Source: an uncultured Solirubrobacterales bacterium
GTDB taxonomy: Bacteria > Actinomycetota > Thermoleophilia > Solirubrobacterales > Solirubrobacteraceae
Reading direction: 5' to 3'
DNA length: 64,000 nucleotides
Assembly (NCBI GenBank): GCA_963815725.1
Contig: CAWFHW010000009.1
Location: 103,256-167,255 of the forward strand
Below are positions 36,022-45,545 of the stretch, in pieces (within the stretch, counting starts at the first letter, position 1; each line of letters starts with the position of its first letter). The translations under genes were made by a program, and so were the position numbers. The notes below the pieces were generated by a model that saw only the letters and a program-made list of their open reading frames with translations, had not been told where the DNA came from and ran no database searches.

Positions 36022-37713
36022 GTGAGCATCGACCTGGAGGCAACTACCCTCTCGCTCGTGGCGCCGGAGGACGCGGACGGACATCGAGGCGGCGAGCGCG
36101 AGGGCGGCCCAGGAGGGCCCGGCGGCCCCGGAGTGCCCGGCAGCCCCGGCCCCGGCGTCCCTTACCGCCCGAGCGGGCCTTACTGGGACGAGCTGTTCGA
36201 AGAAGACGGCTCGCCAAGGCCGGCCGTGGCGCCGCTGGTGGCCGAGCTGGAACGCCTTGGCCCGGCCGGCCTGATCGAGGCCGGCAGACGGCGCGACGCG
36301 GTCTTCATGCAGCAGGGGATCACGTTCGAGACCTCCTCTGAGAACGGCGCGTCAGGCGAAAGGCCGTTCCCGTTGGACCTCGTGCCGAGGGTCTTGACGG
36401 GCGAGGAATGGCGCGAGATCAAGCGGGGCTTGACGCAGCGGATCAGGGCTTTGAACCATTTCGTCGACGACGTGTACCACGCGCGGGAGATCGTCAGGGA
36501 GGGCTTGGTGCCGTGGCGGATGGTCGCGGGCTGCTCGCACTTCACGCGGGCCGTGCACGGGATCAGGCCGCCGGGCGGCGTCTATACGCACGTGGCGGGC
36601 TGCGATTTGGTGCGCCATTCGGACGGTTCTTGGAAGGTGATCGAGGACAACGTGAGGATCCCGTCGGGGATCAGTTACATGCTCGAGAACAGGGCGGCGA
36701 TGGCAAGGCTGGTGCCTGAGCTGTTCGGCTCTTACAGGGTGCGCAGGGTCGATCACTATCCGCAGCTTTTGTTGAAGGCCTTGCGGGCGGTGGCACCGTC
36801 GGCCGAGAGCGAGGCGACTGTCGTCGTGTGGACGCCGGGACCGGCGAACTCGGCCTACTTCGAGCACGCCTTCTTGGCGCGGCAGATGGGCGTCGAGCTG
36901 GTCGAGGCCTCGGACCTGGTCGTGCGCGACGACGTCCTTTATATGCGCACGACTCGGGGCCTCGAGCGAGTACATGCGGTCTACAGGCGGATCGACGACG
37001 ACTATGCCGATCCGTTGGAGTTCCGGCCGGATTCTTTGTTGGGTGTCCCGGGCTTGGTGCGCGCCTACAGGGCTGGCAGCGTGGCGATCGCCAATGCGTT
37101 CGGGACCGGGGTCGCCGACGACAAGGGCATTTATTGCTTCGTGCCGGACATGATCAGGTTCTATCTGAACGAGACCCCGATCTTGGAGAACGTCGAGACC
37201 TATCTGTTGTCGGACCCAGAAGTCAGGGAGCACGTGCTCGGACGCTTGGAAGAGCTGGTCGTCAAGCCGACAGACGAGTCCGGTGGCAGGGGCGTGACGA
37301 TCGGATCGAGCGCCTCCGAGCAGGAGCTGGTCCGGATGGCGACCCTGATCGAGGCCAACCCGGAGCGCTGGATCGCCCAGGACGTGGTCGACCTGTCGAC
37401 GGTGCCAACGGTCGGCCCAGACGGCGAGCTACAGCCGCGGCACGTCGACCTGCGGCCGTTCGCGGTCTTTGGCGAGCGCATCGACATCGTGCCCGGCGGC
37501 CTGACCAGAGTCGCTCTGCGGGAGGGCTCGATGATCGTGAACTCCTCGAGGGGCGGCGGCTCGAAGGACACCTGGGTCCTCGAGGAGCGCGACCTTGGCG
37601 AGCGCGGCGAGGCGGGCGGGTTCCCGGTCGCCGACACCCAGCCGCCGGCTCTGCCCGACCTCAGGTACGGCGAGTGGACCGGCCAGCAGCAACAGCAACA
37701 GCAGGCCCGCTGA
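36022..37713 (+). CDS. circularly permuted type-2 ATP-grasp protein
   Basis: YWDELFEEDGSPRPAVAPLVAELERLG...QQGITF, LENRAAMARL, NAFGTGVADDKGIY and VVKPTDESGGRGV. The start within 36022-36180 is uncertain. P/G-rich N-terminus and a Q7 tract just before the stop. Confidence 0.8.
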   Translation: MSIDLEATTLSLVAPEDADGHRGGEREGGPGGPGGPGVPGSPGPGVPYRPSGPYWDELFEEDGSPRPAVAPLVAELERLGPAGLIEAGRRRDAVFMQQGITFETSSENGASGERPFPLDLVPRVLTGEEWREIKRGLTQRIRALNHFVDDVYHAREIVREGLVPWRMVAGCSHFTRAVHGIRPPGGVYTHVAGCDLVRHSDGSWKVIEDNVRIPSGISYMLENRAAMARLVPELFGSYRVRRVDHYPQLLLKALRAVAPSAESEATVVVWTPGPANSAYFEHAFLARQMGVELVEASDLVVRDDVLYMRTTRGLERVHAVYRRIDDDYADPLEFRPDSLLGVPGLVRAYRAGSVAIANAFGTGVADDKGIYCFVPDMIRFYLNETPILENVETYLLSDPEVREHVLGRLEELVVKPTDESGGRGVTIGSSASEQELVRMATLIEANPERWIAQDVVDLSTVPTVGPDGELQPRHVDLRPFAVFGERIDIVPGGLTRVALREGSMIVNSSRGGGSKDTWVLEERDLGERGEAGGFPVADTQPPALPDLRYGEWTGQQQQQQQAR

Positions 37714-38807
37714 TGCTGGCCCGGATCGCGCACGAGCTGTACTGGCTGGGGCGCAACCTGGCGAGGGCCGAGTTCACGGCGAGGGCCGTCGAGGCCGTCT
37801 TCCAGGGCGAGCTGCAGGGCGCCGGCGAAGCGACGCCAAGCGTCAGCTTCGGCGCGGGCGGCCTGGTCGCGATGTTGGGCAGCGTCGAGGGCAAGCGCCA
37901 GGCGAACAACGCCGGCGCGCTCGAGCGTTTGGCCTTGGACGCCGGGCACCCGGGCTCGATGCTGGCGAGCGTCGAGCGGGCCCGCGAAGGCGCGCGCACC
38001 GTCAGAGACGTGATCAGCGCCGAAATGTGGGAGGCGATCAATACGACGACGCTCAGCTTGCGAACCGGCGAGCAGGATCGCTGGAACGGCCCGACGGGAC
38101 CGTACGTGGCCTCGCAGTACGTCAAGCAAAGGACCGCCCTGATCTGGGGGATCGCGAACAGGTCGATGCTCCGCGATGAAGCCAAGTGCTTTCTTGACGC
38201 GGGCGGCCTGATCGAGGTCTCGGACATGGTCCTACGAATGCTCAGGATCGCGCTCGCGCCGGCCGTCGCGCGAGCAACCGGCGACGGGCCGGCGCCCGTC
38301 AGCGCGCGCGAGCCGGACGACCCGGTAGAGCCGTCCAACGGGAACGAAACGGCCGATGCGCGCGAGCCGGGCGTCGAAGGCGGAATCGATGACTCCACCA
38401 CCGAGGGCCCGTCGCCGGCGAGGGCCCCGGCCGACGCCCACGCGCTGATCTTGTTGCAGGCGGTCGGCGGCTTTCATGCCTACCTGAGGGCGGTCACTTC
38501 GCCTCCGAACGCAGACCCGGTCGCCAGGTTCTTGATTTTCGAGCGCGCTTATCCGGACAGCGTGGCGGCCTGCGTGGACTCGTTGCACGAGGCCTTCACG
38601 GCCGCCGATGCCGGCCCGCGCAACTCCAAGCCGGTCCTGAGGGTCAGCAGACTGGCGGCCGACCTCGACTTCCAGCGTCGTACGCTGCCCGATGGATCGG
38701 AGCTGACTGAGATCTGCGCGCGCACCCAACAGGAGCTGAGCCAGATCGACCAGGACGTCGCCGAGCGCTACTTCGCGGGGGCCGCCCCGGCGGCGCGCTG
38801 GCGTTAG
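37713..38807 (+). CDS. alpha-E domain protein (DUF403-like)
   Basis: Starts MLARIAHELYWLGRNLARAEFTARAV at an ATG overlapping the upstream TGA (TGATG). The upstream 295 aa of track ORF 36828 overlap the ATP-grasp gene and look non-coding. Confidence 0.8.
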   Translation: MLARIAHELYWLGRNLARAEFTARAVEAVFQGELQGAGEATPSVSFGAGGLVAMLGSVEGKRQANNAGALERLALDAGHPGSMLASVERAREGARTVRDVISAEMWEAINTTTLSLRTGEQDRWNGPTGPYVASQYVKQRTALIWGIANRSMLRDEAKCFLDAGGLIEVSDMVLRMLRIALAPAVARATGDGPAPVSAREPDDPVEPSNGNETADAREPGVEGGIDDSTTEGPSPARAPADAHALILLQAVGGFHAYLRAVTSPPNADPVARFLIFERAYPDSVAACVDSLHEAFTAADAGPRNSKPVLRVSRLAADLDFQRRTLPDGSELTEICARTQQELSQIDQDVAERYFAGAAPAARWR

Positions 38808-38869
38808 GCGGCAGGCGTGGAACGCGATCGGTCGAGACAGACGGCCACCAACAGATAAGGCTTCGGGAC

Positions 38870-39745
38870 ATGCACTTCGCGATCAACTACTTGACCGAAT
38901 ACAAATATGACGCGCCAGTTACCGACAACCTGAACGCGCTGAGGGTCAAGCCGGCGACGACCTCTTCGCAGCGCTGTGACGAGTTCCATACCAGGATCGA
39001 GCCCGAGGCCAGGGTAAGCAGGCATCTGGACTACTTCGGTACCGAGGTCCTCGAGTTCGGCATTCCGACGAGTCACCGCCAGCTGGCGATCGACGTGCGC
39101 ACTAGAGTAGTCACCTCCGATCCGATCCGGCCAGCGTCGGGGTCATGGCAGAGCTTGAAGACGGTCTCTTATCTCGACGCCGCCGGCGAGTTCGCTTTGC
39201 CGTGGGACGACCAGCCCAAGATCGGCGGCCTTGACGAGCTGGAAGCCGGGATCCGGGCCGAAAACCCTTTGGCGACCGTCGAGCGGCTGTGCAACTCGAT
39301 ACCCGACCGTTTCGAATACAGGCCGGGCGCGACCTACGTCGGCTCGACGGTGTCCGACCTGCTCGAGCTGGAAGCCGGCGTGTGCCAAGACTTCGTGCAC
39401 CTCGCCCTGATCCTGCTGCGCCGTTCCGGGATCGCGGCGCGTTACGTGTCCGGCTACCTGTGGGCCGCCCCCGAAGGCGGCGGCCTTGACTCGGTCGAGG
39501 TCGAGACGCACGCCTGGCTGGAGGCCCTGCTGCCGGGCACCGACGGCCACGGCGAGCCGGTCTGGGTCGGCGCGGACCCGACCAACCGCAGGCTCGCCGG
39601 CGAGACTCACGTCAAGATCGGCCACGGCCGCTTCTATGCCGACGTGCCGCCCGTCAAGGGCCTCTATCTCGGCGGCGCAACGTCGGAGCTGACGGCCGCC
39701 GTCAAGATGTCGCGGCTCGATCCGCAGGCCGGGGCCAAGGCCTAA
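38870..39745 (+). CDS. transglutaminase-family protein (N-terminal Bact_transglu_N-like region plus Cys-protease-like core)
   Basis: MHFAINYLTEYKYDAPV N-terminus and core GVCQDFVHLALILLRRSGIAARYVSGY...HAWLE...DPTN. Confidence 0.85.
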   Translation: MHFAINYLTEYKYDAPVTDNLNALRVKPATTSSQRCDEFHTRIEPEARVSRHLDYFGTEVLEFGIPTSHRQLAIDVRTRVVTSDPIRPASGSWQSLKTVSYLDAAGEFALPWDDQPKIGGLDELEAGIRAENPLATVERLCNSIPDRFEYRPGATYVGSTVSDLLELEAGVCQDFVHLALILLRRSGIAARYVSGYLWAAPEGGGLDSVEVETHAWLEALLPGTDGHGEPVWVGADPTNRRLAGETHVKIGHGRFYADVPPVKGLYLGGATSELTAAVKMSRLDPQAGAKA

Positions 39746-39913
39746 GGCCCGCCAAGCATCCCCCGGCCGGCCATGTGTAATTTCGTACAAAGGCTGGGGT
39801 AGTGATCTGCCGTGCAGTAACAAAGGCCGTTCTTTGCTTTGGCTAAGCGGCCAACTTCGAGTACCGTTCGGGCTCGGAACATTCGAGCAACGACCCCAGA
39901 ACCAATTTTCGAA

Positions 39914-41278
39914 ATGACTACGACAGCCTCAGCGCCGACCCCCAAGACGACGACGACGACCCGCAAGAGCACCCAGCGCCAGCGGCTGATCGAAGGCATG
40001 ATCGCGGCGGCCAACCGCGACGGCTACCTGGGCGCGAGCGTTTCGAAGGTGATCGCCAACGCCGGCGTCTCGCGGCCGACTTTCTACGACTACTTCGAGG
40101 ATCGCGACGACTGCTTTCTGGCGGTCCACCACGACATCTCAGAGCGCCTGCTCGGCCACATCGGCGAAGCCGTCGCCGAAGCACCCCCAGAGCGCGCGCC
40201 GCAGGCGGCGATCAGACGCCTGATCGAACGCGCCGAAGCCGAGCCCGCACAGGCCCAGTTCATCGCCAACGAGGCGATGGCGGGCGGCCCCCGAGCACTG
40301 GACGCCAGGGACGGCACCGTGCTCGAGATCGAGCGGATCATCGAAGAGGGCCGCTCAGGCGCTTCCCCGGAGGCCCTCAGCCCGGACCTGCCGACGCGCT
40401 CGCTGATCGGCGCCGCGCACTGGCTGCTCTCGCAGCGGCTGCGCCGCGGCGAAGTCGACCTGCGGACGTTCGCCGACGAGCTTGACGCTTGGATGGAGAG
40501 CTACAACATGCCGGCTGGAGCGCACCGCTGGCGCACGTTGGCGCCCGGACCGGAACCGGAGCCCGGTGATTACCCGTCCGACATGCCGGCCGACCCGCCG
40601 GCGCCGCTGCCCTCCGGGCGGACGCACCTGTCGAGCGCTGAGGTCGCCCAGAACCAGCGCTGGCGGATTCTGTTCGCGACCGCGGCAACGGCGGTCCGCA
40701 AGGGCTACACGGCCGCGACGGTAGCCGACATAGCCGCCGGCGCGCGGGTCGACAAGAGGGTCTTTTATAGCCACTTCAGGGACAAGCAGCAAGCGTTCTT
40801 GGCCGTCCACGAGCTGGCCTTCCAGCAGACCATGGCGATCGCCGCGAGCGCCTATTTCAGCGCCGACACCTGGCCCGAGCGGCTGTGGCGCGGCATCCAT
40901 GCCGCCAGCCAGTTCGAGGCCACCCATTACGACTTCGTAAGGCTCGGCTACATCGAGTCCCACGCCCTCGGCGGCGCCGCGCTGCAACGAATCGACGACA
41001 GCAGGCGAGCCTTCACGATCTTCCTACAAGAAGGCGAACGTTATGCGGCCCAGAACGACGATCACGTAGCCGGACCTCAATCGCGCGTCGCGATGGAGGC
41101 GATCGCGGCCGCGATCGCTGAGATCGGCTACGAGCAGGCCCGCCACGAACGGATCCCCCAGCTGCCACGCTTCGTCGGCCACGCCGCTTACCTCTGCCTG
41201 GCGCCGTTCTTAGGGCCGAACGCCGCCAACGAGTTCGTCGACGGCAAGTTCGCGCAGGGCCAGCCCACCCAGGACTGA
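39914..41278 (+). CDS. TetR-family regulator with two tandem TetR modules
   Basis: Two HTH regions: QRQRLIEGMIAAANRDGYLGASVSKVIANAGVSRPTFYDYF and QRWRILFATAATAVRKGYTAATVADIAAGARVDKRVFYSHF. Start set at ATG 39914. Confidence 0.8.
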   Translation: MTTTASAPTPKTTTTTRKSTQRQRLIEGMIAAANRDGYLGASVSKVIANAGVSRPTFYDYFEDRDDCFLAVHHDISERLLGHIGEAVAEAPPERAPQAAIRRLIERAEAEPAQAQFIANEAMAGGPRALDARDGTVLEIERIIEEGRSGASPEALSPDLPTRSLIGAAHWLLSQRLRRGEVDLRTFADELDAWMESYNMPAGAHRWRTLAPGPEPEPGDYPSDMPADPPAPLPSGRTHLSSAEVAQNQRWRILFATAATAVRKGYTAATVADIAAGARVDKRVFYSHFRDKQQAFLAVHELAFQQTMAIAASAYFSADTWPERLWRGIHAASQFEATHYDFVRLGYIESHALGGAALQRIDDSRRAFTIFLQEGERYAAQNDDHVAGPQSRVAMEAIAAAIAEIGYEQARHERIPQLPRFVGHAAYLCLAPFLGPNAANEFVDGKFAQGQPTQD

Positions 41279-41298
41279 CTCGCGCGGACCCGCGCCGG

Positions 41299-41739
41299 CT
41301 ACACAGGCAGGTCCTCAGGCGGCGGGACCTCTTGCGGCGGCCGGCCGGGGCCGGGCTCGTCCCACGAGGCCCAGGCGTGGCCGTCATGACCGGCGTGCTC
41401 GCCCGAGCCGCCGAGCGCCAACAGGATCAGCCGCTTGGGACCGGCGTTGACCAGTTGCCTGCGGACGGCGGGACCGATCCGCACGATCTGGTCGGGGCCG
41501 AGCGTGCGCTCGACGCCGTCGACGACGAGCGTCAGCTCGCCTTCGAGCACCAAGAAGACCTCTTCCTGGCGCTCGTGGCTGTGGATGCGCCCGCGCTGTC
41601 CGGGGCCCATCGCGATCAGGTTCAAGCCGAACGAGTTGACGCCGAGTTCGCGACGCAACGTCTGAAACCGATCTTCGCTGTCGCGGTTGAGTTCCGCGAA
41701 GGAAATGTCTTGGTCGGGTTCGATCTCGGGCTCGGACAT
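41299..41739 (-). CDS. cupin-domain protein
   Basis: Start at MSEPEIEPD (ATG 41739). GRIHSHERQEEVFLVLEGELTLVVDG matches the cupin motif. Confidence 0.75.
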   Translation of the reverse strand: MSEPEIEPDQDISFAELNRDSEDRFQTLRRELGVNSFGLNLIAMGPGQRGRIHSHERQEEVFLVLEGELTLVVDGVERTLGPDQIVRIGPAVRRQLVNAGPKRLILLALGGSGEHAGHDGHAWASWDEPGPGRPPQEVPPPEDLPV

Positions 41740-41840
41740 GGCGGTCAACAGCCTACCGCGATGCGCTAGCCCGCCCGGCCGATCTCTTGTCCCGGCTCGA
41801 TCTCCTAGCCGGCTCGATCTCGGTAGGCTCAGCGGCGAGG

Positions 41841-42713
41841 ATGAGCGCAACCGGAACCCTCCGAACCGAGACCTCCGAGCGGGTCCGCTCGATCGTCTTG
41901 ACGAGGCCAGCCGAGTACAACACGATCACTCCAGCACTTGGCAAAGAGCTGGGCCAGGCGATCGACGAGGCCGACGCGGACCAAGGGGTCGCAGCGATTC
42001 TGCTGCGCGCCGAGGGCCCGGCGTTCTGCGCCGGCTACGGCCTCGACTGGTCGACCGCGGCCCAGGCGGAGGGCCAGGACGCGGCACCCGAGCGGGTCTG
42101 GGATTCGGTCGCGGACATGGCTCTGATCGGTCAGTTCGTCGAGATCTACCAGAAGCTGTGGTACGCCAAGAAGCCGACGATCGCGGCCGTCCAGGGCTGG
42201 TGTATCGCGGGCGGCACCGACATGGTGCTGTGCGCCGACTTGATCGTCGCCGCCGAGGACGCCCGCTTCGGCTACCCGCCGGCGCGCGTATGGGGCACGC
42301 CGACGACCGCTATGTGGGTTTACAGGCTTGGCTTTCAGACCGCCAAGCGTTACCTGTTCACCGGCGATGAGATCGACGCCGCGCGCGCGGTCGAGATCGG
42401 CCTCGCGCTCGAAGCCGTCCCCAACGAAGACCTCCAAGACCGAGCGTTCGCGCTCGCCGCCAGGATCGCGAAACTGCCGATCAGTCAGCTGATCATGCTC
42501 AAGGCGCTCTGTAACGGGCCCGCCGAGAACATGGGCTTGACCTCGAGCCGTCAATTGGGCACGCTGTTCGACGGCGTCGCCAGGCACACCCAGGAGGGCC
42601 TCGATTTCGTCGAGCGCGCCCAGGCCGTCGGCTTCAGGCAGGCGGTCCGCGAGCGCGACGACCCGTTCGGGGACTACGGGTCGCGGTCGCGGCAAGAACA
42701 GAGCGGGGAGTAG
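41841..42713 (+). CDS. enoyl-CoA hydratase/isomerase (crotonase) family protein
   Basis: VRSIVLTRPAEYNTI...AILLRAEGPAFCAGYGLD...KPTIAAVQGWCIAGG. Start set at ATG 41841. Confidence 0.8.
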   Translation: MSATGTLRTETSERVRSIVLTRPAEYNTITPALGKELGQAIDEADADQGVAAILLRAEGPAFCAGYGLDWSTAAQAEGQDAAPERVWDSVADMALIGQFVEIYQKLWYAKKPTIAAVQGWCIAGGTDMVLCADLIVAAEDARFGYPPARVWGTPTTAMWVYRLGFQTAKRYLFTGDEIDAARAVEIGLALEAVPNEDLQDRAFALAARIAKLPISQLIMLKALCNGPAENMGLTSSRQLGTLFDGVARHTQEGLDFVERAQAVGFRQAVRERDDPFGDYGSRSRQEQSGE

Positions 42714-42855
42714 GCCGCTACCCGCCGATCCGCGGGCAAGCGGCAGGGCGTTGAAGGCGCTCGCTCCGGGTGCAAGACTCTGGCGGTCAGGCTGGGCACC
42801 AGCGTGAGGTGGCGCGGCAGCAACGGATAGGCGTCTGAGCTGCGGCCGATCGCAC

Positions 42856-43836
42856 CTACGGCGCAGCAACGCCGACGCGGTGGCCGAGCACGCGGCCGGA
42901 GGGCAGTTCAACGTAGGTCTCCGACATCCGTCGGTTCGGATCTGAGTCAAACAGCAGCCGATCGGGGTCGACGATCTGGACGTAAGCGAACCGGCCGCGC
43001 AGCCCGGTCACGTCGATCCACTGTTCCGGGTAGGCGTACGGGTATACGTCCGACCAGCCGACAGACGTGCCGAGCACGTCGCGACGCATGTTCGGGTTCT
43101 GGCTGCACCCGGGATACACCGGTTCGCGCGGCGAACCGCCGGAGGGCCGGGTGCGCAGGAGATCGCGCAGGCAGTAGTCGACCTTCGGCCCGGTCCGCAC
43201 CTGTCTGATCGCCTTGTAATGGCCGTCGATCGACCACAGCTGGAACGCGGCGGCGTGTTCGAGCTTCCAGTAGCTCGCGGAGCCGATGTTCCCGTAGCCG
43301 TAGCGTTCCCCCGGGATGTACTTGAAGACGAGCTTTGCGTCGGTGCGATACAGATGCGCCCGTCCGCCGCTGCCGTAGATCGCCTGATACACGACAGTCG
43401 CATGCACCCCGGTGCGGTGAGCACGGATCTCTAACGGCCCGCCGCCGTGGTTGTCGATCGAGCTGCTTGCCCGCAGCAGCACACGCCCGGGGATCGTCGT
43501 CCTGTCCAGGTGCAATTCAAACGGCGCCGACATAACCAGGGCGGGACAGCGTAGATGTAGCCTCGCGACCGCACACGGGTTCGGCGGGCTCGACGGCTGC
43601 GTGGAACCGGGCGGCGTCGTCGTCGGCGTGGTCGGTGTCGGGGTCGTAGGCGTTGGGTTAGGGGATGCTGGCGACATCGAGGCACGTCGCCAGCCCGACG
43701 AAGCCGAGGCCGATGTTCCTCCCTTGGCGAGCAGGGCCGAGAGTCCTACGAGCGTGCCGAGCGCAATGCCGGCCGCCGTCCATGCGAGCGCTCGTCTGCC
43801 CCAGATCGCCAGCTTGCCGTGTGCTCCTCCAAGCAT
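42856..43836 (-). CDS. secreted protein with P/T-rich linker and lysyl-oxidase-like C-terminal domain (tentative)
   Basis: N-terminal TM/signal WTAAGIALGTLVGLSALLA and linker NPTPTTPTPTTPTTTPP. The C-terminus, GRVLLRASSSIDNHGGGPL...KVDYCLRDL...VGWSDVYPYAYPEQWIDVTGLRGRFAYVQIVDP, parallels the LOX catalytic domain as I remember it. Confidence 0.7.
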   Translation of the reverse strand: MLGGAHGKLAIWGRRALAWTAAGIALGTLVGLSALLAKGGTSASASSGWRRASMSPASPNPTPTTPTPTTPTTTPPGSTQPSSPPNPCAVARLHLRCPALVMSAPFELHLDRTTIPGRVLLRASSSIDNHGGGPLEIRAHRTGVHATVVYQAIYGSGGRAHLYRTDAKLVFKYIPGERYGYGNIGSASYWKLEHAAAFQLWSIDGHYKAIRQVRTGPKVDYCLRDLLRTRPSGGSPREPVYPGCSQNPNMRRDVLGTSVGWSDVYPYAYPEQWIDVTGLRGRFAYVQIVDPDRLLFDSDPNRRMSETYVELPSGRVLGHRVGVAAP

Positions 43837-44055
43837 TACGACAGCGAACCCTCTCGCCGTTGTCGAAACGCGGAATTAAGGAGCGATGAGAAGCGTCTCA
43901 TTCGCGCTGGGGCTACGCGAGAGAGCACGCTGCGAATCGTCACGGACCACCATGCGATCTGACCAACATACCGTGCTGGGTGCGGCCAAGGTGGCTACAG
44001 GCCGTCCACTCTGGGAGATCGGCGAATATCGTACGGGCATGGGCCGAAGGTCGAT

Positions 44056-45473
44056 ATGAGCACAGACCATCTCAAGGCTGGGCAGCTCGGCGTCCGGGAC
44101 GTGACGGCCTCCACGGTCGCCAACATCGGGCCGGGGATCGACTTCTACTTTGCCTTTGGGGTGATCGCCGTCACCGCGGGGGTCGCCGCGCCGTTGACGA
44201 TTCTCGCGGGAGGTGTGGCTGTCGTCCTGCTTGCTTTCGTCGTGGCCGAGTTCACCAGGGCGGAGCCCTCGGCGGGAAGCTTCATCACGTATGTCGAGAC
44301 CTCGCTGGGAGCAAGGGCCGGCGTCGTCACCGCCCTGCTGGTCACTGTCGGTTTCACCGTGGCGATAGCGGGGGTTTTCACCATGTCCGGCGGCATGGTT
44401 GCGCTGACCTTCGCCCGTTACACGTCCTGGCAACCGCCCTGGGAGCCGTTGAGCCTGCTCCTGACGGCCGGCGCCATCTGGCTGACGGCGCGCGGCGTCC
44501 GTCTTTCTACCTTGGCGGTGGGATTCGCTGTCTTGGCGCAGGTCTCGATCATGCTGGTGGTCTGTGTGGTTGTGCTCGTCGAAGAGCGGTCCCGTCTCTC
44601 GGGCATACCGTTCTCATGGTCTCACCTCAACGGCGGCCTGGCCGGTCTTTCGGCGGGCTTTCCGCTTGCCCTGTACATGTTCATCGGATGGGAAAATGGG
44701 CCGGCCCTCGCGGAGGAGTGTCGCGATCCGAAGCGGACCGTCCCGAGAGCGCTCTACCTGTCGATCGCCATCGCCGTCGGCCTCTTCGTCCTGTTCGCGT
44801 ACGCCACCGTCACCGGCTTTGGCTACGACGTCTCTTCGATCGGTCGCTCGTCGGTCCCGTTCCTGGACGTCGCCGATCGTTACCTCGGCACAGCGGCCGT
44901 CTTGGCCTGGCTCGCCGGGATCGTGTCCGTGCTTGCCACGCTCATCGCCGGCGTGAACTCCCAAGCCGCATGCTCTTCGATGGCGGCCGATCCGGGCTCC
45001 TGCCGGCACGGCTCGGTCATGTGCGCCAGCCGGCGGGCACGCCGGTGAACGCCTTGCTGGTCATGGCCTGCGGGGGACTCGGGATCATCGCGGTCTGGTG
45101 GGCAGCACACCTGATCGGACTCGACGCAGGATCGACGAGCCCTGTAGGCCTGTATGCGGAGTGTTCGACGATGGGCACGATCTTGATCCTGTTCGTTTAC
45201 TTCCTGACGACGCTTGCCCTGCCGATCTTCATGTGGCGCCACCACCGGCAGGCCTTCTCAGCTCTCCGGCACGTAGCCGTCCCGGCCCTCGGCGCCCTGA
45301 GCCTCGTCATCCCGTTCCTCGAGCTGTTCAAGCCGGGACAGCCGGCGCCCTACAGCGAGTTCCCCTACGTCGCGCTGGCGGTAGCGGTCGCTGCCGCGGT
45401 GATCGCCTTCGTCGTGGTGCGGCGCCACCCTACGACCGGCTCTCAAGAGGGGACGACATTCACCGAAACCTGA
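44056..45473 (+). pseudogene. APC-family amino-acid permease interrupted by a frameshift near 44955-44967
   Basis: Frame 1 (44056..45048) reads as permease up to LIAGVNSQ and then turns to junk. Permease-like sequence RMLFDGGRSGLLPARLGHV... with more TM helices continues in the frame of track ORF 43980..45473. Confidence 0.7.
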
Positions 45474-45545
45474 TCGTCATGTTCATGCTCCAGGCGGCCT
45501 TACGCCGCCCGGAGCAGCAATATTCCTGTCCGGCCCCCGAACCGG

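Noticed and set aside
36828-37712. First 295 codons of track ORF 36828..38807
   Set aside because: They overlap the ATP-grasp gene in another frame. Alpha-E family similarity begins exactly at the ATG at 37713.
44005-44055. Glycine-riboswitch-like string (CTCTGGGAGA...GGCCGAAGG) in the permease leader
   Set aside because: It is only a short partial resemblance. The second conserved core and the required helices are missing, and the element is too short for an aptamer.
43980-45473. 497-aa ORF as a single intact gene
   Set aside because: Its N-terminal two-thirds is R/G-rich out-of-frame sequence. Only the C-terminal part is permease-like, which fits a frameshifted gene that starts at 44056.
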